Virus record (IMG/VR): IMGVR_UViG_3300017780_008441
Coordinates: 1-46,052 of that record
Length of the DNA stretch: 46,052 nt
Direction: 5' to 3' (one strand)
Source: a virus
Taxonomy: Duplodnaviria; Caudoviricetes
Positions within the stretch are counted from its first letter, which is position 1; each line of letters opens with the position of its first letter. Below the pieces are notes generated by a model, which did not search any database, was not told where the DNA came from, and worked only from the letters and a program-made list of their open reading frames with translations. This document shows positions 1 to 8,062 of the stretch, in pieces. The position numbers were made by a program, and so were the translations under genes.

Positions 1-105
1 AGTGATATTTCTAAAGAGTATGTGGATTACCCCTCATTGCAAGACATTAATTTCTTTATGAAAGTTGAAAAATATCTTAAAGCTGAAGGGTTCTTCGATA
101 TATGA
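1..105 (+). CDS. C-terminal fragment of a hypothetical protein (runs off the window)
   Basis: Open frame 1 from base 1: SDISKEYVDYPSLQDINFFMKVEKYLKAEGFFDI*, stop TGA at 103-105. Confidence 0.5.
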   Translation, partial: SDISKEYVDYPSLQDINFFMKVEKYLKAEGFFDI

Positions 106-172
106 TCATCTGGCAGTTGCAATGAGGTATTTATAAATTTAAAAGCCAACAAATTTTAACATAAATAAATGC

Positions 173-955
173 ATGATGGATTCACGCAGAAATATTCTCA
201 AAAAAATGATTGGCACATTGATAGCTTCATTTGCTAAACCAATACATGCTTTACCTGCAGCAAAAAGACTTTCATCTGTTGGCAGCGGATTAAAAGGTGC
301 TACAATCAACATTGGCAGATTTAAAAATGATGATTGGTATAATATTTTTTCGACTATTACCACTAGTGATAACGCAAAAATATTTGCACAAAAAGCAAAT
401 CAACAATTGAGTTCAATCAAAATAAATGATGAATTAGCAAAAGCAATTGTGAGTTATGTTGCAAAAGATGGGGATACATTTGCAGATTATGTACAAGAAA
501 CACTATTAGATAAATTTCCAAGCAATAAAAATTTTACACCAGATGATGTAGAACAGTTTATGCAGCAGCCATTGGATAAGGCCATGGAGTTTTTAAAAGA
601 TCCCAAATATCATTCAGCCGGTGACATTTATTTTAAAAACGCAATGGGTGAACCAAGAGTATTGTACCCTGCTGAAAAAATGATAGATAAAGGGTTATTT
701 CACGGTGATCGAGAAATAATAAGCACTATTGATTCAGTTATCAACGATGCAATCAAGGTTGTCAAGAGTGAAATGGGTGAAAAGAAAAAAGAAAAAGCAT
801 ATGCTAACAGCATTGAATACTCTCCAGCGGATTATCTTGGAGGTGCACCAGATGGTGGTTCTGAACAACATGGATACAAACTTGCAGTTGATCATCACAC
901 CATTGACATGAAAAATTTAATTGCACTGTATGAACAGGTGCAACAACATCATTGA
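173..955 (+). CDS. Hypothetical late protein with twin-arginine (Tat)-like N-terminus
   Basis: 260 aa ORF starting MMDSRRNILKKMIGTLIASFAKPIHA; ATAAATA late-promoter core at 161-167. Confidence 0.75.
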   Translation: MMDSRRNILKKMIGTLIASFAKPIHALPAAKRLSSVGSGLKGATINIGRFKNDDWYNIFSTITTSDNAKIFAQKANQQLSSIKINDELAKAIVSYVAKDGDTFADYVQETLLDKFPSNKNFTPDDVEQFMQQPLDKAMEFLKDPKYHSAGDIYFKNAMGEPRVLYPAEKMIDKGLFHGDREIISTIDSVINDAIKVVKSEMGEKKKEKAYANSIEYSPADYLGGAPDGGSEQHGYKLAVDHHTIDMKNLIALYEQVQQHH

Positions 956-1029
956 TGGTTGGCTGTTGCAATGAGGTACAAGCCCAACGCAATGCCAAAA
1001 ATTCCCAAAATTATAAGTAAGATGTCCAT
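949..1029 (-). CDS. Possible 26-aa single-pass membrane peptide
   Basis: MDILLIILGIFGIALGLYLIATANHQ*, strongly hydrophobic, convergent with ORF 173-955; below the ORF-track cutoff. Confidence 0.35.
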   Translation of the reverse strand: MDILLIILGIFGIALGLYLIATANHQ

Positions 1030-1162
1030 AATATCTGCATTCTCAGGACTATGGCAAAGCTTTTGCTATAGCGATGAAAATTGCAGCAATGCAAAAAAGT
1101 CCCAGAAACATGTGGAGTATTTCAAGAAAGTTCATACCATTATTTATTCATAATTAACTACA

Positions 1163-1612
1163 ATGTTTGATTCATTTTTCTGCGACCACATCAACGGGTT
1201 TGATTTGTATTCTGAAAATCCAGAAGATGATCCACTGGACTGTGGCTATAGCAATTGCGGTTCCACAACACCAAATCCTAGATACTATAATGGTGTTGAA
1301 ACAACGTATGATGTATATGGAGTGAAGCTTCAAAAGACAAAAAAAGCTACTTTGTATCAATTGGTCGTCAAAAAGAAGAAAGATGGATTCAGCTACAAAT
1401 ACGAATATGCACTGGGTCCAGAAAAATGGCTTCCCAACAGCGTTATAAGCAGCTATCACATCAGCGAGTTTGATGCAACTGATGTTGACTTTACAGATGA
1501 GTTTGCTGTAACTGGCATTGCTGATTTATGTAAAATTAGCATTCCTGGTTGGCTCAAAAGCAAAGATGAAACTCTTAAAACAGTTTTCGCAATTAAGAAC
1601 ATGAGGGGTTAG
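1163..1612 (+). CDS. Hypothetical protein
   Basis: 149 aa ORF with AT-rich leader; no recognisable motif. Confidence 0.7.
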   Translation: MFDSFFCDHINGFDLYSENPEDDPLDCGYSNCGSTTPNPRYYNGVETTYDVYGVKLQKTKKATLYQLVVKKKKDGFSYKYEYALGPEKWLPNSVISSYHISEFDATDVDFTDEFAVTGIADLCKISIPGWLKSKDETLKTVFAIKNMRG

Positions 1613-1676
1613 TATAGAAGCAATGCACTGGTTCGACACGCCAGAGAAGAAGGAGCGTTACCTTCACTCCTCACCA
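1603..1676 (+). tRNA. Atypical tRNA-Val(GAC)
   Basis: Cloverleaf: acceptor GAGGGGT/ACTCCTC-A-CCA, D stem GTAT/ATGC, anticodon stem CTGGT/GCCAG with loop TC-GAC-AC, T stem GAAGG/CCTTC with non-canonical loop AGCGTTA. Confidence 0.75.
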
Positions 1677-1761
1677 TGCAGTTCCGGAAACTTTATTTTT
1701 AGTTGCACAATTTAAAAAAGAGCGTAATGTAATGGGTAATTAAGAAAAAATACACACACAA

Positions 1762-2796
1762 ATGAATACACAAGCCATTGAACAAGTCAAAAACGTCGTT
1801 AAAAGTCATCGCATTGTTCCTTTTACAACTCGCAATGTTGAAGCGCAAGGCAACAGTCTCATCATCAACAATGAATACCGTTTCAACAAAGTTGAAGACA
1901 TCATGAATACTCTGGGTATTCGTCACAACTTGTCCAACGAAATCATGCAGAACCCAACTGAAAATTGGAATACCATTCGTCAAGCATTGGACAGCATCAG
2001 TCAGCAGAAAAAGTTTGGCTGCATTGTTCGCGCTGATAATACAGTTGCTACACTCTGCAAAGATGCTCTCACTGTTGAACAGCTCAACTTTGACAAAGAC
2101 ATTGATAAACTTGCTGATGCCATCAACAGCAGCAACAATGAATTTCACAACATTTGGTTCAATGATGGCCGCTGTCAAGTCATTGTTGAAACATCTCATG
2201 CACATGATGTGCAATTGGGCGCAGGGGATGACTGGAAGTTTGGTACCAGCATCAACATTGGTCGTTCAGCCAATCAATTCAGCAACTTCTTTTTGCGTCT
2301 CATTTGTACCAATGGCATGACCACCAAAGAAGCTGTTGGTTATCGTCTCAATACCATTGGCGATGTTGGCAAGCAATATCTCAAATTCAGTGCCAATGAT
2401 GCTTTTGCGCGTGGCATCAAGCCTCGTGTTGATGCTCTCAAAGATGCGCGCGCCAGCTTTGCTGAGTTGCAAGCTGTAGCAAATGCGTTTGGTTCACAAG
2501 AAGATACATCTCGCGGCTTCAACTTGTTGCAAGAATTTCCACAATACACTGACACTGTTGCTGATTATGCTCGCAAAGGCATCAATCTCAACAAAGGCTT
2601 CAATGCCAATCAGAAGAAACTGGTTGCTACCAACCACAATTTGTATGACATCTTCAATGCTGCTACTGCTGCTGCAACTCACAAGCGCACTGTTGTAGGT
2701 GCAGGAGCTGCAATTAAGCTCAACAAAGTTGCATCTGATATGTTTGTCAAAGGTCCAAATCTCAACTTCAACATTGTTGATATTTACAAAAACTAG
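1762..2796 (+). CDS. DUF932/DUF945-like phage protein
   Basis: 344 aa; RLICTNGM matches the RLxCxNG motif typical of this family. Confidence 0.6.
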   Translation: MNTQAIEQVKNVVKSHRIVPFTTRNVEAQGNSLIINNEYRFNKVEDIMNTLGIRHNLSNEIMQNPTENWNTIRQALDSISQQKKFGCIVRADNTVATLCKDALTVEQLNFDKDIDKLADAINSSNNEFHNIWFNDGRCQVIVETSHAHDVQLGAGDDWKFGTSINIGRSANQFSNFFLRLICTNGMTTKEAVGYRLNTIGDVGKQYLKFSANDAFARGIKPRVDALKDARASFAELQAVANAFGSQEDTSRGFNLLQEFPQYTDTVADYARKGINLNKGFNANQKKLVATNHNLYDIFNAATAAATHKRTVVGAGAAIKLNKVASDMFVKGPNLNFNIVDIYKN

Positions 2797-2848
2797 TTGC
2801 AAACATTGGCTCAGGTGTTAAGTTATTGCAGAGCAAACAAAAGCTCAT

Positions 2849-2861
2849 TGATCTTTGAAAA
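2849..2861 (+). promoter_or_regulatory. boxA-like antitermination element upstream of the ncRNA/tRNA block
   Basis: TGATCTTTGAAAA resembles rRNA-leader boxA; a weak sigma70-like TTGCAA-N16-TAAGTT lies at 2797-2824. Confidence 0.45.
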
Positions 2862-3260
2862 ATTCCGTGGTGGCAGAACAATGGACAGCCAGTCCATAAT
2901 GCACTATGCAACGTCTGTAAAGACGCCAAGTAGGTTGAGTATGTTGTGCCGGATAAAGCTGAAATAGCCAAGATTGGCCTAATCTTGGTGACGTAAGAAG
3001 ACAACAAATCGTAATCATAACTGATGGCTGTATTGTCTTGAAGGTAACCATTCCTTTGCATCATTAACAGTGAGAGTAATTGACTCACTGGATGCTGGCT
3101 GAATAATCCGACGCAATTGTAGACTTGTGAGTAGTCAGGAATCTCACCCACACTAATTTGCAATGTAAACGCGTAATATGGTAACGCGAAGATGCCTGGA
3201 CGACTAGTCATAATACCTTTGAGCAGTCTCTTCACATTGCATTAATTTCGGCCACCAATT
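2861..3260 (+). ncRNA. Large structured ncRNA, probably a compact ROOL-like RNA
   Basis: Closing helix 2868-2878/3247-3257; hairpins 2881-2897, 2912-2925 (GTAA tetraloop), 2968-2988, 2998-3039, 3068-3090, 3127-3147, 3170-3188; long-range pairs 2950-2954/3106-3110 and 3159-3166/3234-3241; crossing pairs 3041-3046/3214-3219 and 3121-3125/3225-3229; no + strand ORF. Confidence 0.75.
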
Positions 3261-3356
3261 CTGTATGCCGTTGCTGAATAGGCGTTCTAGAAAATACAGA
3301 ATACGTTTGTAGGAGTCGTCGAAACCGTCAGTCATTTTTCTCGCAAGAGATAGAAA
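3258..3356 (+). other. Structured leader (stem-loop plus GCAA-tetraloop hairpin) ahead of the 71-aa ORF
   Basis: ATTCTGTAT(3258-3266)/ATACAGAAT(3294-3302) stem; TCTC-GCAA-GAGA hairpin at 3339-3350. Confidence 0.45.
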
Positions 3357-3372
3357 GGAAACAAACACACAC

Positions 3373-3588
3373 ATGAACAAAAATGCATACGAAGTTAGAC
3401 TAGATGTTCTTGGTATGGCACATAACGCTATTATGAATCAATACCACGAAAAGATAAGCGCACATCGCGATAATGCAGTTCGTAGCAGTGAACCGTTTAA
3501 AGTTGAGCTCATCAATGAGCTCAAACCAAAAACACAAGACATCATTGCTTATGCAGACGAATTGTACGCATTCGTAGAAGGCAGATAG
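3373..3588 (+). CDS. Small conserved T4-like phage protein
   Basis: MNKNAYEVRLDVLGMA...PKTQDIIAYADELYAFV resembles the YEIRLxLLxMA...PxxxdIixxAxxLxxFV small proteins of large myoviruses (from recall). Confidence 0.75.
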   Translation: MNKNAYEVRLDVLGMAHNAIMNQYHEKISAHRDNAVRSSEPFKVELINELKPKTQDIIAYADELYAFVEGR

Positions 3589-3637
3589 AGTCAAAGTGGT
3601 GCTGGATAACCACATTAAACACCAGCAATTTTCAAAT

Positions 3638-3733
3638 GCTCCAGTAGCTCAATTGGCAGAGCGGAAAGCTTATACCTTTCGTATGGCCTAGATTGGGCCG
3701 CGGTTGTCGGTTCGAACCCGGCCTGGAGTACCA
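3638..3733 (+). tRNA. tRNA-Ile(TAT) with a long (25 nt) variable arm
   Basis: GCTCCAG/CTGGAGT-A-CCA acceptor, GCTC/GAGC D stem, GAAAG/CTTTC anticodon stem with loop CT-TAT-AC, GGCCTA-GAT-TGGGCC extra arm, GTCGG-TTCGAAC-CCGGC T arm. Confidence 0.85.
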
Positions 3734-3736
3734 AAT

Positions 3737-3809
3737 GGCCAAGTGACGGAACGGTATACGTATCGGTCTCAAAAACCGAGTTGTGTGGGTTCGAATCCCA
3801 CCTTGGCTA
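3737..3809 (+). tRNA. tRNA-Leu(CAA) with a short variable loop, no encoded CCA
   Basis: GGCCAAG/CTTGGCT-A acceptor, TCGGT/ACCGA anticodon stem with loop CT-CAA-AA, 5-nt variable loop GTTGT, GTGGG-TTCGAAT-CCCAC T arm. Confidence 0.85.
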
Positions 3810-3921
3810 GAACTAGAATGTCACAATACTTCCACGTAGTCTAGTTTGGACAACTTAATGTTGACTAAATTTGTGATAATGTTAAGATATTTTTGAGATG
3901 TTTCTATCTTAAAATATCTCT

Positions 3922-4074
3922 TTCAATTGGAGAAGTTTTCACCACATGTTAGCATTGCACAACAAGCCAGATGCACAGAAAGAGATTAGAGACATTGCTG
4001 CTACTATGCTGGATCTTGTTAAAAACATTGAAGGTAATCCCTTTGAACACACCATTACAGCCTTTGGACATTAG
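3922..4074 (+). pseudogene. thyX: C-terminal relic of flavin-dependent thymidylate synthase
   Basis: Translates FNWRSFHHMLALHNKPDAQKEIRDIAATMLDLVKNIEGNPFEHTITAFGH*, matching the ThyX tail (NxRsxxHFxxLR...HAQxEIR); in-frame TAA just upstream, and the rest of the gene is absent. Confidence 0.65.
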
Positions 4075-4134
4075 TATTTTATCAAAAGTAGTATTTTTGT
4101 GTGCGGCTGCTTTTGGCTCTGAATAAATATCCAC

Positions 4135-4476
4135 ATGGATGATAAGAATCTTTTGCGTGAATTTCTCAGTGGTGGCTGGATTGTGAGCCTCATTGGCATA
4201 TTGGGCATGACTGCGCGCATTCTCGCAAGCGGCAAAAAAATCAGCATCATTGAATTTTTCAGAAACATTGTAGCTGCATCCATATGCTCTGGTATATCTT
4301 GGTTTGTTTTGGAGCAAGTGGAGATGGCCAGCTTTACCAAAGCAATTGTATATGGTGTAGTTGGAGTAGTGAGCCCTGAACTGCTCACTGGCATTGTCAA
4401 ATTAGCCAAAGGATTTGCTAAAAATCCACAAAATTATATGCCTGGCAGTGAAAAGGATGAAACAAAAAATGATTAA
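4135..4476 (+). CDS. Putative holin (three predicted TM helices)
   Basis: 113 aa with three hydrophobic stretches and a charged C-terminus; late-promoter core ATAAATA at 4123-4129. Confidence 0.6.
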   Translation: MDDKNLLREFLSGGWIVSLIGILGMTARILASGKKISIIEFFRNIVAASICSGISWFVLEQVEMASFTKAIVYGVVGVVSPELLTGIVKLAKGFAKNPQNYMPGSEKDETKND

Positions 4477-4714
4477 TTTTGCTACATTCTTTGAAACATT
4501 TTACATGCAAGATTCAGAGTATGCGCGCAGAGGACGTGGGCCACTGTACAATCAACCACAATCCATCTCTTCCAAACCTAAAATGCCACAAGGCAGTAGA
4601 TTTCTTGGTAACAACGGTTATAATGCACCTATACAAACATCTGTAGCATGGCCAACAAAGAAAAAGAAAAAACCACGTTCAAGCTTGCGTGCATCATCAC
4701 AGGCAAAACAGTAG
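4469..4714 (+). CDS. Small basic protein, possible head-internal protein
   Basis: Likely start ATG 4469 (MINFATFFE...), K/R-rich tail, overlaps the end of the holin gene. Confidence 0.55.
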   Translation: MINFATFFETFYMQDSEYARRGRGPLYNQPQSISSKPKMPQGSRFLGNNGYNAPIQTSVAWPTKKKKKPRSSLRASSQAKQ

Positions 4715-5019
4715 TAATCAACAAAGATTATTACGAAAAGAAAGTATCAGAAGCAGGAGATGAAGCTACTTTGCATGAGACATATACATGCAAACAAGCC
4801 AAAAGCTTACTCAAACGTGGATACAGCATCAATGAGATCAGAAAACTGCTCAATGCTACTCATATTGAAACACCTGTTTCAGAATCCACCACCAGAAAAA
4901 TTTTGAGCAACAACAAAGATAGTCCCATTGATTCACTGGAAAATGTAGGTGTATTTTCTGCAATTCAAACTGATGATGATGTAAAATCATACATAAATAT
5001 GCTCAGACAGCATGAATAA
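4648..5019 (+). CDS. Hypothetical protein (CxxTGK...YxCK motif)
   Basis: 123 aa ORF with phage-like codon usage. Confidence 0.75.
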   Translation: MANKEKEKTTFKLACIITGKTVVINKDYYEKKVSEAGDEATLHETYTCKQAKSLLKRGYSINEIRKLLNATHIETPVSESTTRKILSNNKDSPIDSLENVGVFSAIQTDDDVKSYINMLRQHE

Positions 5020-5245
5020 CAAACAATACACTGCAGCTATCACTGGTAGCAACAAATTTACTGTATACAATGCACAAAGCATGGCCAGCATCACCACTGT
5101 AACATGCAAAGGTGACATAGTAGGGTCTCCCAACATCTCACAAGACATTGTAACAGTATCAATTAAAGATACTCAAGGCCGCATGCATATGTCAACATAT
5201 CGTGTTCCATCAGGTGCATTAATTTGTACAATTGCAGTAAACTAA
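5012..5245 (+). CDS. Hypothetical small beta-rich protein
   Basis: 77 aa ORF; ATAAATA at 4993-4999. Confidence 0.65.
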   Translation: MNNKQYTAAITGSNKFTVYNAQSMASITTVTCKGDIVGSPNISQDIVTVSIKDTQGRMHMSTYRVPSGALICTIAVN

Positions 5246-5280
5246 CTTGATAAACAAATTTTTCCCATTATATTTTAAAC

Positions 5281-7779
5281 ATGAGCGTAACCAAAGTCCA
5301 AAAAAGAAGCGGCAAAACAGAAGAATTTAGTGATAAGAAAGTCCTCAATTGCGCCAAGCGTGCATGCAAAGGATTGGACTTTACAGATCCAAAGCAAATT
5401 GTATACAATGCAACACTCAAATTGTATGATGGCATCAAATCCAAAGAAATTGATGAAGCACTCATCAAGTCTGCACGAGCCCTCATTGAACAAGAACCAC
5501 AATACAACTATGTAGCTGCTAGACTTTTGCTGGGCAATGTATACAAAGAAGTGTTTGGAGAAGGTGTGGATAGTGATGCATTTGAATTGCAGTATCGCAA
5601 ATCATTCATCACCAACTTGAAGAAACTGACCAAAGCAGGCATCATCAACAAAGAACTGCTCAAATATGACTTGAAAGCATTGAGCAATGCATTGCAGTTG
5701 GATAATGATTACTTGTTCCCATACAGAGGTTTGCAGACTGTCAATGACCGATATTTTTACCGCATTGATGGTGTCATTGTTGAGTCACCACAATCTTGGC
5801 TCATGCGCGTGGCCATGGGACTTGCATTGGCTGAAAAGCCAGAGGATCGCACCAAAAGCTCCATTGAGTTTTACAAAGTTTTGAGCTCATTCCGATACAT
5901 GACCAGCACACCAACATTGTTCAATGCAGGTGGAGTACGCAATCAGTTGAGCAGCTGCTTTTTGAATACATTTGAAGATTCCTTGGAAGGCATTTTTGAT
6001 GGCTTGCACCAAGAAGCTCAAAAGAGCAAATTTGCAGGTGGACTGGGCATGGACTTTACTCCATTCCGCGCAGGCAATGCTGTCATTGCTTCTACAGGAG
6101 GCAGGACTCAAGGTTCAGTTTACATTTGGAAGATGTTCAATGACATGCTGGTAGCCATCAATCAGAGCGGCAAACGTCGTGGCGCAGGATGTGGTTATCT
6201 GGAGACATGGCATTATGATGTTGAAGACTTTTTGGAGCTCAAAAAGAATACTGGTGATGAACGTCGCCGCTGCCATGACTTGAATACAGCCAACTGGATT
6301 CCAGACTTGTTTATGAATCAAGTGCGCAATGATGCGCCTTGGTATCTCATGAGCCCCGATGAAGCACCTGAGTTGCATGAGTTGTTTGGTGCAGCTTTTG
6401 AGCAAAAGTATTGGGAGTATGTTGACAAAGGCAAACGTGGAGAAATGCGCTTGTTCAAAGAAGTGTCTGCCAAAGAACTTTGGAAGAAGATGCTCAAGAT
6501 GTTGTTTGAGACTGGTCATCCTTGGATGACATGGAAAGATGCATGCAACATTCGGTACACCAATCAACATGAAGGTGTGGTTCACAGCAGCAATCTTTGC
6601 ACAGAAATTACTCTGCACAACAAACCTACACTGTTTGAAAACAACAATGACAGGCAAATCAAGACATATGGTGAAACAGCTGTATGCAACTTGGGTTCAG
6701 TCAATGTTGGCAGGCACACAAAAATTGTTGATGGCATAGTTGAAATTGACTGGCCCTTGCTTGCAGATACCATTCGTGTTGCAACTCGCATGCTTGACAA
6801 TGTCATCGACATCAATTTTTATCCTACTCAAGAAGCCAAAATTTCCAACATCAAGCATCGTCCTGTAGGACTGGGCAGCATGGGTTGGCATGACTTGTTT
6901 TATGCTCTTGACATCAACTATGACAGTGATGCAGCAGTGGACATGAGTGACAAACTGTATGAGTTCATGTCCATGCATGCCATTTGGTCCAGCTCCAAGC
7001 TGTCTCAAGAGCGTGGTGCATACAGCACTTACCAAGGTTCATTGTGGAGTCAAAACATCTTCCCTGTTGATTCATACAACAACCTTGCTGCAGCTCGCAG
7101 CAATGGTGATGCATCTATGCCATTGGGCAAAGAAACATTGCCGCAGTGGATGCAAGTTCGTGAACATGTTGCTGATCATGGCATGCGCAACAGCAACGTC
7201 ATGGCCATTGCACCCACTGCAACCATCAGCAACATTGTAGGATGCAGCAGCTGTACAGAGCCTTATTTCAGCAACATCTATGTTGGTTCATCTTTGAGTG
7301 GAGACTTTACCATCATCAATGAAGCATTTGTCAATGATCTGAAAAAGTTGGGACTCTGGAACTATGAGATGCTCAATGAAGTCAAACGTGTCAATGGTGA
7401 TGTTGCTCAGCTCACCAACATTACATTTGCAGAGAAGTTGATGTTGCAAGAAAAATACAAGACTGCATTTCAAGTGGATCAGTTCAAATTGCTGACTGCA
7501 GCTGCAATGCGTGGCAAATGGATTGATCAAGCAATGTCAGTCAACTTGTTCAATGACAAAACCAGCCTCAAACACTTGCATGATTTGTATATGCATGCAT
7601 GGGCATTGGGAATGAAAACTACATACTACCTGAGAAACAAGGGAGCCAGTGATATTGAGAAAGCTTCAGTAACCTCCAAGGCTGCTGAAACAAACATCAG
7701 CTCCATTGAGGATTTGGGAGAGACTCAAGGTCTCAAAGCTTGCATGGTCAATGATCCAACATGTGAAAGTTGCCAATGA
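5281..7779 (+). CDS. nrdA: Ribonucleotide reductase class I alpha subunit with N-terminal ATP-cone
   Basis: VQKRSG ATP-cone start, STPTLFNAG, SSCFL, SSNLCTEI, AVCNLGS, APTAT, KTTYYLR, C-terminal CESCQ. Confidence 0.97.
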   Translation: MSVTKVQKRSGKTEEFSDKKVLNCAKRACKGLDFTDPKQIVYNATLKLYDGIKSKEIDEALIKSARALIEQEPQYNYVAARLLLGNVYKEVFGEGVDSDAFELQYRKSFITNLKKLTKAGIINKELLKYDLKALSNALQLDNDYLFPYRGLQTVNDRYFYRIDGVIVESPQSWLMRVAMGLALAEKPEDRTKSSIEFYKVLSSFRYMTSTPTLFNAGGVRNQLSSCFLNTFEDSLEGIFDGLHQEAQKSKFAGGLGMDFTPFRAGNAVIASTGGRTQGSVYIWKMFNDMLVAINQSGKRRGAGCGYLETWHYDVEDFLELKKNTGDERRRCHDLNTANWIPDLFMNQVRNDAPWYLMSPDEAPELHELFGAAFEQKYWEYVDKGKRGEMRLFKEVSAKELWKKMLKMLFETGHPWMTWKDACNIRYTNQHEGVVHSSNLCTEITLHNKPTLFENNNDRQIKTYGETAVCNLGSVNVGRHTKIVDGIVEIDWPLLADTIRVATRMLDNVIDINFYPTQEAKISNIKHRPVGLGSMGWHDLFYALDINYDSDAAVDMSDKLYEFMSMHAIWSSSKLSQERGAYSTYQGSLWSQNIFPVDSYNNLAAARSNGDASMPLGKETLPQWMQVREHVADHGMRNSNVMAIAPTATISNIVGCSSCTEPYFSNIYVGSSLSGDFTIINEAFVNDLKKLGLWNYEMLNEVKRVNGDVAQLTNITFAEKLMLQEKYKTAFQVDQFKLLTAAAMRGKWIDQAMSVNLFNDKTSLKHLHDLYMHAWALGMKTTYYLRNKGASDIEKASVTSKAAETNISSIEDLGETQGLKACMVNDPTCESCQ

Positions 7780-8039
7780 AGAATCCAGCCTGGAACATGC
7801 CTCGCATGAGCAAACAGTGGATGCTGGCTCACTTGACAACAGGTGAGCAGCACCAACTTATTCACACTACCAAAGATGCAAACAGCAACATGGATTGTTT
7901 GGATGTAATTCAATGCATGGTGCCTGTGTCACTGTTGCATTTGCTGCATATCAATGCTCATAAAGTTGAACAACAATGCGCTGAAGACTTTGAAAACTTG
8001 TGCAAAAAAATAAGTAGTTTCTGCAACAACAGCATTTAG
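7770..8039 (+). CDS. Hypothetical protein between nrdA and nrdB
   Basis: About 87-89 aa ORF; the second ATG overlaps the nrdA stop (ATGA). Confidence 0.45.
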   Translation: MPMKNPAWNMPRMSKQWMLAHLTTGEQHQLIHTTKDANSNMDCLDVIQCMVPVSLLHLLHINAHKVEQQCAEDFENLCKKISSFCNNSI

Positions 8040-8062
8040 CATCTGGTAAATACAATACAAAT

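Noticed and set aside
2768-3235. 155-aa minus-strand ORF over the ncRNA
   Set aside because: Non-ATG start, no motif, antisense to a + strand gene/tRNA block; the base-pairing pattern explains the region better.
2861-3260. tmRNA, RNase P RNA or group I intron
   Set aside because: No tRNA-like T arm or GGGG 5' end for tmRNA (the CCA at 3255-3257 is paired in the closing stem), no GAGGAAAGUCC P4 motif for RNase P, and no interrupted host gene or convincing P7 consensus for an intron.
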